From Sphyrna mokarran (Eukaryota), in the NCBI GenBank assembly GCA_024679065.1, contig JAGIQG010000005.1, forward strand, positions 79,732,001-79,796,000: DNA of 64,000 nucleotides. The letters are read 5' to 3'. The translations under genes and the position numbers were made by a program. Positions 50,364 to 63,106 of this stretch are shown piece by piece. Position 1 is the stretch's first letter. Each line of letters starts with the position of its first letter. The notes under the pieces are model-generated. The model was not told the DNA's origin. It ran no database searches and saw only the letters and a list, made by a program, of their open reading frames with translations.

Positions 50364-50900
50364 GAGTGCAAAAATGATTTAAGGGAATGGTTCCAGGAAT
50401 GAGTAACCTAAGTTACATGGATCAATTGAATAAACTGGTGCTATGCTCTTTATAAAATCTCCTTTTGAATTTCTGTTCTTGGAGGTGCTCAAAATCCATA
50501 AGCAGACTAGACAGTAAATAGTTTCCTTTGACAAAGGGGGTCGAGAAATAGGGGACAAGGATTTAACATGATTAGTGAAAGAAACAATACAACATGAAGG
50601 GGAGAAAAGAAGTTTTCAATGCTGCAAATTGTTAGAATCTGAAGTGTGGTATATGGGCAGATTCATCTCTGGCCTGACAGCTTTCCATCTATAACACTAC
50701 GGAAAATTGTCTAGTATAAAGTAAGTAAATTAGGAAGCCACAAAAAACTGTTGGAAAGGGGGAGAATAAGAAAAAATGAACAAAATGCAGTGTAATAAAA
50801 AGGTAGTAATAGGATCATTGACATAATAGCAGAACTGCTGGGAAAAAGATGCAGGAGGCAAAATTACAGTGGTGAGGGGAGTGATTGAGATCTTAAATAA

Positions 50901-51238
50901 GCACAGTAGCACAGTGATTAGCACTGCTGCTTCACAGGTCCAGGGAGCTTGGTTCAATTCCTGGCTTGGGCCACTGTCTGTGTGGAGTTTGCACATTCTC
51001 CTCGTGTTTGCGTGAATTTCCTCTAGGTGCTCCGGTTTCCTCCCACAGTCCAAAGATTTGCGGGTTAGGTGGATTGGCCATGTTAAAAAATTGGCCCTTA
51101 GTATCCTGAGATACGTAGTTTAGAGGGATTAGTGGGTAAAATATGTAGGGAAATGGGGGAAGAGTCTGGGTGGGATGGTGGTCGGTGCAGACTGAATGGG
51201 CCGAATGGCCTCTTTCTGCACTGTTAGGTTTCTATGAT
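50901..51238 (+). mobile_element. HE1-type V-SINE, full length
   Basis: Head, complete V core (GGTGCTCCGGTTTCCTCCCACAGTCCAAAG) and CR1-like tail ATGGGCCGAATGGCC..TTTCTATGAT. Confidence 0.92.
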
Positions 51239-53544
51239 TTCACTTGACCCCCTCTGAAAATTAAGGCAGAAGTAGGGGTGATAGAACTCTTGTGTACCTT
51301 AAAGAAAAAGGACAAAGGTGGATAAATCACAAGACTGTGTACTTTACATTTTAGAACCTGAGGGAATTTAGAAGAATTAATGGAGGCTTTAGACATTTTC
51401 CAAAATTATACAGAAAAGAATATTGTGTTGCTGCACTGGAAAGATGTGGACAGTGGTTTTTCACAGGGCTTACCATAAATATGAATGAGCAAAGGAGATT
51501 ATTGCAGGTCAAGCATCGAGCCAAGCAAGAAAGGTTAAATGACTGGTTTGTGTCTGGTTAATTTGCTGCGTATTTCTTCTCATACCCTTCTCCCATGAAA
51601 AATTTAACTGTAGATCTTGTAAGTGAAATTGAATATTGTCCACACGCTCTCTTTATGAATTTTTATATTTCACATTGTATTTTCAAGAGCTGTTGAAGAA
51701 GGAATTATTTTGGTTGTTGGGCCAATGCTCTTCATATATATCTGAATTTTAGGACCTTACAAGATTTTATGACTGAAATGATGTATTTAGCTGCAATGCA
51801 ATATTTAATTTAAACAAATTGCCCTGAAGCTGATGAACAGATGTGATTGCACATTTAGTTATGTAGATTGAAAGCATTTACAGCTTTGGGAGATTCTTGC
51901 TATGGACAATAAATGGGTATACTAAAGAACAACTAGATAAAATACAATAATACTGAAAATTAATTTCCAAGTATGTATACTGCAGCGAAGAGGGATATCT
52001 ATGAGAAGCACTTTGACTTGCTACAGTAAGGATGACTATTAAAACATTCTCCAATCAATTCTATAGCATTTGTGCACTGTGCAACTTCTGTTCACATTTT
52101 GAATTGCGTTTCATTTCAGAATTAGCAGAAGCAGATTTGAATATTTAATCTGGTTATTTAGACAATAAAAACAATATCCCAAAGACTCAAATGTCAAGAA
52201 CACCAGCTATGAATGGAAGAAAAGTTACTACACAACGTATCTGGGATTTACTTTTCATTGGGTGAAGATGTTTTGTAAATAAGTATATATAGTTTAACGG
52301 CAGTAATTTTTTACTACAACATTCATTCATGGGATTGTTGCAATCATTGGACCTCATGTACAACAGGAAAGCTGTTGATGTTAAATGAAACCTTGATAGC
52401 TGAGTAAGACACTTGTGATGAAGTAAAGAATTCAGATCATAGTACAGATTTCTAACTGTGAAAATTTGAACAAAGGTGGCTGCAGCCAGAAAGCTCAATG
52501 TTGATGAGAAATGATGGCCAATTAAAAAATGAACAACTATTTAACCTTCATGGGGTCCAACTTGGATTTAATCAGTTACACATACTGTCACATTCTGATC
52601 CACTCATCATTCAGCAGCTGATCAGCAAGCAGGTTTGTTTACATTTAAAGATAACTTTTTGTTTAAAATTTTGCACATGCAGTCACCTGATGTGTGAGCA
52701 AAAGGCTGCCAATTAAGCCAAGCTGAATATTACACATTAGCCATTGTAAATTATCTAACACAAGATCAACACTGCTTGTGGCTCAGAGTGCAAGCACATT
52801 ATCAGGTTTACAGATTCGAGTTTTTTTTGGGCACTTTCCCAGAACAGCACTGTTGAGCTTGATGGCTTATTGTTTGGGCAATTGCATTCAGGTGAACTTG
52901 TATGCTGTTAAGTCTCTCCCACTTCTCTTAGCACCATGTATCCATCTTCACCTGAAACAGCTCTTCAGTTGTGCACAGTTTAGATGTCACTCATTTCAAT
53001 AACACCAACATCATTCCTCTGTGTACCACTTACTGCCTGCATGTGTATTTATAGCCACCAACAAAGAGTCATGTTGAACCATTTCGAAATGGCTATTTTC
53101 AAATTAAATCTGGAGCACCAGGTGTTAGGTGTGACTGCCGAAATTGCCTATGTGGTCAATTTGAAAAATGAATATTGCCAATTAAATAGCTTTGTACATG
53201 AAAGATGTGGCATTCCGTAACTTTGATTGAAATGTCCAAACACATGCACTGTTTGTATATTTAGCTGACTGGGTGCATGTGTGCTCTTCTGCTTCCTGCC
53301 AATCATACAGCACTTGGAACAAGCAGCACTTTCGTGGATGACAGAAAAAAATTGTAAACAATATTCATGCAAACATCTCAAAAGTGCTTGATTCAAATAG
53401 AGCAACAAGTTTCACAAAACAATGATGTAACCAATTTGTGTTTCAAGTTAAACTGACTTAGTTTTATAAAAGTTCATGTACGAAGAGAGTCACTTTTTTT
53501 TGGAAGTTGCCGATACATCAAAGGTGTTTTTTTCTGACATTGCA

Positions 53545-54610
53545 GTCTTGGTTTAAATGTGGATGAAAGAGCTGAGAAAAGCGGCTGCCTTTGATTTAAG
53601 GCAGCAGTTGACTGAGTGTGATACCAAGCAGCCAAAGCAAAACTGGTATCAGTGGGAATTGGGGAAAACTCTCCATTGGTTGGAATCATACCTAGCACAA
53701 CAGAAGATGGTTGGAGCTGTTGGAATTATCTCACTCCAGGACATCAGTGCAGGAGTTCCTCATGATAGTGTCCAAGGCCAACCACCTTCAGCTGCTTCAT
53801 CAATGACGTTCCTTCCATCATAAGGTCAGGAATGAGGATGTTTGACCATATAATGTTCAGCACCATTTGTGACTGCTCAGATATAGAGCAATCCATATGC
53901 AGCAAGACCCAGGCTTGGGCTGACAAATGATGTGTCATTTCTTCAGCAAGAGAAAATCTAACCATTATCCCTTTTACATTCAATGGAATTATCATCACTG
54001 AATCCACCGCTATCAACATCCTGCGGTTACTATTGAATAGAAACAGAACTAACCATGTAAATATTGTGACTACAAGAGTGAGTCAGAAACTAGGAATCCT
54101 GCAGTGAGTAACTGACTTCCTGACTTTCCCAAGCCTGTCCGTCATTTAGAAAGCGCAAGACAGAGTATGATCGAATACACTCCACTTGTTTGGGTGTAGT
54201 TCCAACAACACTCGAAGCTCAACATTATCAAGGGCAAATCAATATACTTGATGGGAACTTCTTCACCAAACATTCAATCCCTCCACCACTGGTGCAGCCA
54301 TAAAATGAACTGCAGTAACTCACCAGAGCTCCTCATACTATATCTTTCAAACCCACTACCATCTAGAAAGACAATAGCAGCAGATGCATAGCAACCCCAT
54401 CTTGAGATTCTCCTTCAGGTCACTCTTAATCCTGGCTTGAAACTATATAGTCATTCTCTCACTTACCCTCAAACCCCCCATCCCTAATAGCATTGTGGGT
54501 GTAACTACATCACATGGACTGCAGTAATTCTAGATGGCAGCTCACCATCACTTCAAGGGGAATTAGGGATGGGCAATAAATACTAACCTGGGAGTGAAGT
54601 TCACATCCAA
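53545..54610 (+). mobile_element. Family B LINE, RT to 3' tail, degraded
   Basis: AAFDLRQQ, KTLHWLESYLAQQKMV, DISAGVPHDSV; tail shared with 7893-8465. Confidence 0.85.
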
Positions 54611-55096
54611 TAAAAGATAAAATAAAAGTTGCAGACACAAGCTGCTTTTGTGATGTCGGTTTAATACAATATTAAATGATTTCTCAAGTAGAAATGAAAA
54701 AAAAATTGAATCTGTTGTTAGGGATAACAGCTTTGTTAGTCTCCTCAATGAAATAACTCTGTTTCCAACTCTTTAGAAAAGACCATGACCTATTGAATCA
54801 TCTTCTATCTGGTAAAGAGTAGTATGGAAATTTATCTAATTCAAGAATTAACAAAACTGGCAAGTATGTGAAGAGAAAGGTAATACATGACAGGCAAGAG
54901 CCTGCCAAGCCCTGGCAGCTTCATTATCGATGCTCTTTAATGCTTGGAGCTCATTTCCAGAATAACAAATGGGCTTTGTCAATTGATTGCACTTAATTTG
55001 GATAGTCCCCAGTGACTCCCAACATGTGTTCTGCTGTGCATTTTGCAATCATTTATTATCAGCTACTGATGAAGGGATCATTTTGGGTGTTTGCAG

Positions 55097-55167
55097 GTGA
55101 CTGTAACCTCAGTGAGCAAGAGCATGGTGTCTAACGTGTTCAACAGAACACAGGCGCATTATTCCAG
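55097..55167 (+). other. Candidate exon with an ATG in good Kozak context (AGCATGG at 55124; MVSNVFNRTQAHYS..)
   Basis: TTTGCAG acceptor and CAG|GTGGGT donor in unique sequence; weak polypyrimidine tract; peptide not recognised. Confidence 0.33.
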
Positions 55168-57050
55168 GTGGGTCATAAGTTTATCCTTTTCTCAGAAATC
55201 CCAGGGAAATTGATCAGCTAACAAAGTGTTTTGTGAATTGGCAGCATTTCGGATATAACAGGCTGAACTCATGGAGAGAAAACAACAAAAGAAACTGTAG
55301 GGATGTCTGTTGCTTTACCACACATGTTGTCTGTGATGTCTCTGAAGTACCCTTGAGATAAATGCTAAACCTGCAGGGTCAGCTCAGGACTTGAGCCTGC
55401 TCCGCCACTCAATATGATCATGCCTGATCTGATAGTGGGTTCAGTTCTACTTACCCGCCTGCTCCCCAATAATCCTTAATTCCCATATTGATTAAAAATC
55501 TATTTATCTGTGACTTAGAGATATTTAACAAGGTGGCCTCTACATTTCCATGACTGTCAATTATTGGTATGCTATTTGTGTCCTCCACTGTGAAGACCAA
55601 CAAAAAACATGTTTAAGGCCTCGTTTCCCATTATTAAATCCCCCTCCTCGTTTTCTGAGGGACCAACATTTACGTTAGCCACTCTTTTCTGTTTTATATA
55701 TTTGTAAAAACTTTTACTACCAGTTTTTATATTTTGTGCCTGTTTACTCTCATAATCTATCTTTCCTTTCTTTATTGCTTTCTTTGAAGTTGCTTTCTGT
55801 TAAAAATGCCTATTGGCAGAAGCTTGCACATTTTTCCTTGGGTTCAATGCTGCTGGTTAATCGTGTGATTGGTTCCCCCACTCTAACTGCCCTGCTTGTA
55901 TTTGGGTGTTTTGAATAAATTCACTTTATACAAGTTAATATTGGTACAAGGATAAGGGAACACAGATAAAGGATTTTGGGCTAGAAATGCAAGGTGCGCA
56001 AAAGGAATAAGCTGGAACTTGCTGCTTACGAGGGTGGTGGAAACAGGCAGGATGAATGATCTCACAAGTAATTGGATGGGCATGTGTGGAAGCAAAACGG
56101 TAGATAAAGCAAGGAATGGGAATGACTAAGTTGGAGAGCTAACATGTGTCTGATGGGCTGAATAGCCTTTTTTGGTGCTGCAATGACTTGGACAGTATTG
56201 TCAGTTGAGTGCACATGTGCTAATCCAATTCTGCAGAAGTATAACCTGCAGGAATGTAATATTAGAATCTTATGTGTTCTGAACTGGATACATCTCTGTT
56301 CCACCTGTGCCTTCCCACGCATTCCTCTGTATGAGAAAAAATCCAGAAATGAATTATTAAGCTGCTTCATTTTACAGGCAGCAAGAACCTTGAGTGAAAG
56401 CTGTAATCAAAACTCGCTCACTTCACTGATCGTCAAACCTTTCCTTGAGCTTTGCGACAAGTGATAAATCTCACTGAATCACCTTGTTCTGTGTAGTATT
56501 GGCTTTGGCCACTCTTAAAATTAATATTTTTCCCAGCTTACACTGTTGTGATTGGCAACTAGTCTTGCACTGAACATTTTGCTTTTTTCTCAGCTACCCT
56601 CTCAAATGACCTAACGCGAGGTTTTCTTTCTCTCTTTGTTACTTAACACAGGAACTGGATGGTTTGTCTCTTCGATTTCTTCCCCTTTAGGTCTCTTGTT
56701 AAAAAAAGCAACAAATTTTTATTCCCCCACCACAGTCCTTATGATAAAACAGACATAATTTGTAGCTTACCTTATATTGCACCTTTTTGAGGAGATTTAT
56801 GTTTGAATCACCAACTGCAGGATGGAGCTGGATGGAAAATCGAAAGCTAATGTGAACTCCATCTAATGTACACTTTCTCACTCAATGGTGTCTTGCTTTA
56901 TGGTATCCAATATTGTGGAAGTTAAATTATTTAAATTGGAAGATTATGCAGGGAGTGGTACCAGGTTGAAGTCATATCTTGCACAAAAAAAGATGGCTGT
57001 GGTTGTTGGAGTTCAAACATCTCATTGCTGCAGAAGCTCTTCAGGTTCTG

Positions 57051-57280
57051 CATAACCTCATGGCTCCTAAATTCAATCCCTCTACCAATAAAAGCTAACA
57101 CACCGTACGCCTTCTTAACAACTTTATTAACCTGGGTGCCAACTTTCAAAGAGCTATGTACTTGTACCCCAAGATCCCTCTTCTCGACAACACTATTAAG
57201 GGTCCTTCCATTAGCCCTATATTTCATATGCCTGTTATTCCTACCAAAGTGAATCACCTCACACTTATCCGTATTGAATT
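57051..57280 (-). mobile_element. 230-bp internal CR1 fragment without a tail
   Basis: Ungapped match to 58692-58921 with about 7 substitutions. Confidence 0.92.
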
Positions 57281-58137
57281 TGGGAGGGTGTGGGTGTTGC
57301 TGGGTAAGAAGATTTTTCAGACAATCAGTGCAGACTCTGGGCCAAATGACCAACTTCTGCACTACAGCAATTCTATGATTGTATATGGTCAAAAATGCGG
57401 ATTTTAGAATCATTTGCAGTTCCACAGTACTGAAACATTCATATCCAAATCTCTCTCTCTGTTTGCATATTCTCCCTCCCATGCTGACTGAAGCTTGCTT
57501 GTCTGACTTGGCATCCTCAGCTAGTTTAAATAGCATGGTAAAGAGATCACTTGTTCTCCTTCATAATGTAGCAGTAAAGGAAAGTCAGCTTCAAACAGAC
57601 ATTATTTCAGATACAGTGCTCTGAAGGAGCAACTTCATTGCTTGTTCTGATTTGAAGTAGAAGCTCTTTCTTGGCATTCCAGAATCAATGTCTGTTGTTC
57701 CCTACATCGGCCATCAATAGTGAGCATCTGAATGTGGCTACCAATGATCAGATGTCATATTCTGAATCAAAGATATTCACTCAGATGAATACATCATTTT
57801 GTCAAGATTGTCCTGCCCTGTCTGATGAACATGTTTGTTCGAGCACCTGAGCCAGAGATGGAGTTACTCGTTTGAATTGGAAGCATTAATCCATGCAGGG
57901 ATATCTCCGTCCTACTTGGCCACCCATTCATCATAGTGTGAATGGTGACCAGGGAGCCTTCTGCATGAGCTCCCCTATATAGTCGCTGGAGCCACTTGCA
58001 AGTATTTAGTTTAAATTTAAGAAAAATACACTTGACTTCTCAGCAATAAGCTGCAGCATATAAGAGCATCATTGCTGTGGCTCCATTTTCATCATGGCCC
58101 CTTTGCATTCAATGGATTGAGCAGTGTTGACTCAGTC

Positions 58138-60074
58138 ATAGAACATAGAACATAGAACATTACAGCGCAGTACAGGCCCTTCGGCCCTCGATGTTGCGCC
58201 GGCCACTGGATCCTCTAACCTAAACTATTCCAATATCATCCATATGCCTATCCACCGACTATTTGAATGCCCCCAAAGTAGGCGAGTCCACAACTGCTGC
58301 AGGCAGGGCATTCCACGCCCTCACCACCCTCTGTGTAAGGAACCTGCCTCTGACATCCGTCCTATAACTACCACCTCTTAATTTAAAGTTATGTCCCCTC
58401 GTGTTGGTCATCACCATCCGAGGAAAAAGGCTCTCACTATCCACCCTATCCAATCCCTTGATCATCTTATAACGCCTCAATTAGGTCACCGCGTAACCTT
58501 CTTCTCTCTAATGAAAATAACCTCAGGTCCCTCGGCCTTTCCTCATAAGGCCTTCCCACCATACCAGGCAACATCCTGGTAAACCTCCTCTGCACCCTTT
58601 CCAATGCTTCCACATCTTTCTTATAATGTGGCGACCAGAACTGTACGCAATCCTCCAAGTGCGGCCGCACCAGAGTTTTGTACAGTTGTAACATAACCTC
58701 ACGGCTCCTAAATTCAATCCCTCTACCAATAAAAGCTAACACATCGTACGCCTTCTTAACAACTTTATCAACCTGGGTGCCAACTTTCAAAGAGCTATGT
58801 ACTTGTACCCCAAGATCCCTCTGCTCAACAACACTATTAAAGGTCCTTCCATTAGCCCTATATTTCATATGCCTGTTATTCCTACCAAAGTGAATCACCT
58901 CACACTTATCCTTATTGAATTCCATTTGCCACCTCACGGCCCAGCTCTGCAACCTATCTATGTCCCTCTGCAAACTGTAACATCCATCCTCGCTGTCTAC
59001 AACTCCCCCAACTTTGGTATCGTCAGCAAATTTACTAATCCAACCCTCTACACCCTCATCTAGGTCATTTATAAAAATGACAAACAGCAGTGGCCTCAAA
59101 ACAGATCCTTGAGGTACACCACTTGTAACTGCACTCCAGGTTGAATATTTCCCATCAACCACCACCCTCTGTCTTCTATCAGCTAGCCAATTCCTAATCC
59201 AAACTGCTAAATCACCTTCAATCCCATGCATCTGCACTTTCTGCAGTAGCCTACCATGGGAACCTTATCAAACGCTTTGCTAAAATCCATATACACTACA
59301 TCAACTGCCTTACCCTTATCTACCTCTTTGGTCACCTCCTCAAAAACCTCAATAAGGTTTGTGAGGCACGACCTACCCTTCACAAAACCGTGCTGACTAT
59401 CCCTAATCAATTTATTCCTCTCTAGATGCTTATAAATCCTAACCCTTATAATTCTTTCCAAGACCTTGCCCACAACAGAAGTCAGGCTCACCGGTCTATA
59501 ATTTCCAGGAGGGTCCCTACTCCCCTTTTTGAACAAAGGGACAACATTTGCCATCCTCCAGTCTTCCGGCACTATACCTGTAGCCATTGACGACATGAAG
59601 ATCAAAGCCAAAGGCTCTGCAATCTCCTCTCTAGCCTCCCAGAGAATCCTAGGGTAAATTCCATCTGGCCCAGGGGACTTATCAATTTTCATACCCTCAA
59701 GATTTGCTAACACCTCCTCCTTATGAACCTCAATCCTGCCCAGTCTACAACCTGGTATCGCAGTATTCTCCCCGACAACATTGTCTTTCTCCTGCGTGAA
59801 TACTGACGAAAAATACTCATTCAGTGTCTCTCCTATCTCCTCAGGCTCCACGCACACCTTCCCACTGCTATCTCTGACTGGCCCTAATCTTGCCCTAACC
59901 AATCTTTTATTATTTATATACCTGTAAAAAGCTTTAGGATTCTCCTTAATCCTATCCGCCAAAGTCTTCTCGTGTCCTCTTCTAGCTGTTCTCACCTCCC
60001 TCTTTAGCTCCTTCCTGGCTAATTTATAGCTCTCCAGTGCCCTAACTGAGCCTTCACGTCTCATCATTATATCA
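58138..60074 (-). mobile_element. Young 5'-truncated CR1 LINE (RT region with two frameshifts)
   Basis: ORFs 59207-60067, 58467-59237 and 58259-58480; (TTCTATG)3 tail; TSD TCAGTC at 58132-58137 and 60075-60080. Confidence 0.96.
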
Positions 60075-61689
60075 TCAGTCCCATCGGTATTCCTCGAGTA
60101 ATGTTCCCAACCTCTGTGTTTCCTAGTCTGCAGCAGTCAAAGTAATACTGAGGTCTTAATTGTATCATAGAACTCCAATTTACAAATTTTCATGAATCTC
60201 CTTTTATATGTTTGCAGACTTGTTAGCACTGTCCTTGTTTGAGTAATATAAGAGTGTTCAGACATAGCAAGGGTTAATGTGGGATTGGAGAACAGTACTG
60301 ACTCCATATGATGTTGACAGTCACATGTTGGTGGATCTTGTGTAGTACAGTCTGGAAGGAGCCAGCATGGAGACAGCACCCATGCATATCAAGTACCTTG
60401 GAGATGTATATAGTTATGGGTTACCAATAAATGGTTTATATTTAACCATACAAGCCACCAGGTCTCTTACTGTGACACCAAACAACCTTACAGCTGTCTC
60501 ACACAAACTTCTTTCTAGGTTTTGTTCTGTTAGGTGCAAACCTACAGATCAGATTTTCAATTTGTGGTTGACACATTTCAGTTTATGCTATCATTAGTAC
60601 AAGTTGTTTATTCTGGGTGTGTGGAGTGAGGTCCTCCAAGTACCTAATTCTCACTTTTCAGCGCAATACCTGCAGATATTTCTGCCACTTTTCCTTCCAT
60701 TTTGTTATTAATAACTATTATCAGTGCAGACAGGTGTCTGAGAGATCTATGCTATAGATAACAACAAAATGCAAAAAAAAATTGGAACAAGCTTGGCGGC
60801 CGGAATGGCCTCCTTCCATGGAGTGTTGCTGTGTCAATTGGTTGCCATGGTGAAAGATGGTAGAGATTCCAAGGGGATGTTTTGTTTTTATTTGTAGGAT
60901 TCTTGCCTAGAAAGACTTACGCTTGAGATGGGGGTGGAAGGGGAGCTACCTCTAGTTTTCCTTTTGAAGTTTTTGGCTTGAGGAAATCCTGTAGCCTGCC
61001 TGGTGTCAGAACTGTGACTTTTTGATTGGAGGCTTTCCAAGTTCAAAATTCCCTCCTCCACATGGCTGGTGTTTTTTAAAATGGAAATTGAAGTGACCTC
61101 AGCAACAACTCTTCAAATGAAGCAGCCTTTTGATACTTGAACCTATGAGATTCTGAAACTTGATAGTGTTCAATTTCTGGTCAAGACCTTGATTAAAGAT
61201 TAATATCTGGCAATTTCTGGGACAAATGCATTTTAACCTTTTTATGTTTTTTTAAACTTCTTTTTTCTATTTTTCCTATGTCCCTTTCCACTCTGACTTC
61301 CCCTGACTGTCCCAAAAAGGTAGGATACAATTCTAGATAGCGAGTTTCAACAGCTTTTTTTTAGCATATTTCAAAGCTTTGCTGTGAAGTGCGTTGATTA
61401 TGACACACGGATAAGGTTAATATAATGTTGATGGTCATACACAATGAATGGTCAGGGTTTGGAATGCATTGCCTGAGAGTGTGGTGAAGGTGGACTCAAA
61501 TGAAGCATTCAAAAGGGAATTGGACTGGTACTTGCAAAGGAAGCATGTGCAGGATTACACAAAGAAGACATTGGGATTGAAACTTCAGCAGTGTCCCACT
61601 GGTGCTTTCAGCCTCCCACTCCAGTTATCATGTACTCTCAGTTTGTACCTAATTGCAAGTAATTTTGTGTAGTGACCATTAAGAAGATT

Positions 61690-62017
61690 GTATACAGCAA
61701 AAAGTAGTGTTTTTTTGCACACTGTTCATAGACAAGGAAACGAGAGAGCAAAACTCCAAGCAAAGCAGATAGAGTAGCAAGGTCCTTCAGGTATGAGGTC
61801 ATGTCAAGTCATTAGAATTAAGCTCTTCATGTCTGAAGGACCTTGCTATTCAATCTGCTTTGCTTGGAGTTTCTCGTGAAATTGTTTATTTGCAAAGTTG
61901 TTAAATTGAAGGCGTTGGAAGAAGCAGCTTTGGTTTGATTTATTATTGTCACATGTTAGTATACAGGAAAAAGTAATGTTTTTTTGCACACTGTTCATAG
62001 ACAAGGAAACGAGAGAG
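61690..62017. repeat. 59-bp direct repeat enclosing a 46-bp inverted repeat
   Basis: Direct: 61690-61748 and 61959-62017 (2 mismatches). Inverted: 61751-61796 and 61827-61872 (4 mismatches, 30-nt loop). Confidence 0.92.
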
Positions 62018-62560
62018 TGCAGAATGTAGTATTACAGTCATAGCTGGGGAGTAGAGAAAGATCAACATAATGCAAGGTAATTCCATTCAAAAACCAAACA
62101 GCAGCAGAGAAGAAACTGTTCTTGAGTCAGTTGGTATGTGACCTTCCATTGGGGAAAAAAACGCAAAAGTCTGAGAAGGTGGAAGAGAGAATATCCAGGC
62201 TGTGTAGGATCCTTAATTATGCTGGCTGTTTGCCGAAGCAGCAGGAAGTATAGACAGAGTCAATGGATAGGAGGCTGGTTTGCGTGATGGGTTTGGCTAC
62301 ATTCAAGACCTTTTGTAGTTCCTTGCGGATCTGGGCAGAGCAGAAGCCATATCAAGCTGTGACACAACTGAAGGAATGTTTTCTATGAAGCATCTGTAAA
62401 AGTTAGTGACAGTCATAGCTGACATACCAAATTTCCTTAATCTTCTGAGAAAGTAGAGGTTTTGTTGGGCGTTCTTAACTATAGTATCAGCATGGGGGAG
62501 CCAGGACAGGTTGTTGGTGATCCGGACACTGAAAAACTTGAAACCCTCAACTCTTTTCAC
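61932..62560 (-). mobile_element. Rex1/Babar-clade non-LTR element 3' end
   Basis: VEGFKFFSVRITNNLSW..HADTIVKNAQQNLYFLRRLRKFGMS...NFYRCFIE (DUF1891-like region); 3' end TGTGACAATAATAAATCAAA. Confidence 0.85.
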
Positions 62561-62579
62561 TTCTAAATTACTCCTCAAG

Positions 62580-62892
62580 ATCACAGAATTCCTACAGTGC
62601 AGAAAGAGGCCATTCAGCCCATCGAGCCTGAATCAACAACAAATCACCCTGTCCCGAACCCTGTTACATCACAGATTTACCCTGGTAACCTCCTAAAATT
62701 AAAAGGGGAAATTTAGCACGGCCAATCAACCTAACCTGTGCATCTTTAGAGAAAACCAAGGCACCAGGAGGAAACCAACACAGACACGGGAAGAGTGTGC
62801 AAACACCACACAAACAGACAATGACCCAAGGCCGGAACTGAACATGGGTCCCTAGTCTTGTAAGGCAGAATGCTAATCACTGTGCCACCATG
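62580..62892 (-). mobile_element. HE1-type V-SINE
   Basis: GGTGGCACAGTGATTAGCA head on the minus strand, V core and CR1-like tail. Confidence 0.88.
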
Positions 62893-63005
62893 ACATTTCA
62901 TTGATTTGCTACGGTGAAGACACCACGCAAATACTCTTGATCATTTGTATTTTTAACCTTGCTCATGTGTTCACAAGTGGTGAAAAATTATAAAGACCTG
63001 AATTG

Positions 63006-63106
63006 GGGTTAGGGTCAGGGTGATTTGTTGTTGATTCAGGCTCGATGGGCTGAATGGCCTCTTTCTGCACTGTAGGAACTCTGTGATCTTGAGGACTAAT
63101 TTAGAA
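63006..63106 (+). repeat. ~100-bp inverted duplicate of 62561-62661
   Basis: Reverse complement matches with about 4 substitutions and includes both the SINE tail and its non-SINE flank. Confidence 0.92.

Noticed and set aside
50901-50975. tRNA-like A and B boxes
   Set aside because: These are SINE heads followed by V core and LINE tail, not tRNA genes; the same holds for the other SINE copies.
58259-60067. Longest RT ORFs as an active retrotransposon or domesticated gene
   Set aside because: The element is 5'-truncated with no endonuclease or ORF1 and has two frameshifts. The same applies to 3034-3942 and 36091-36843.
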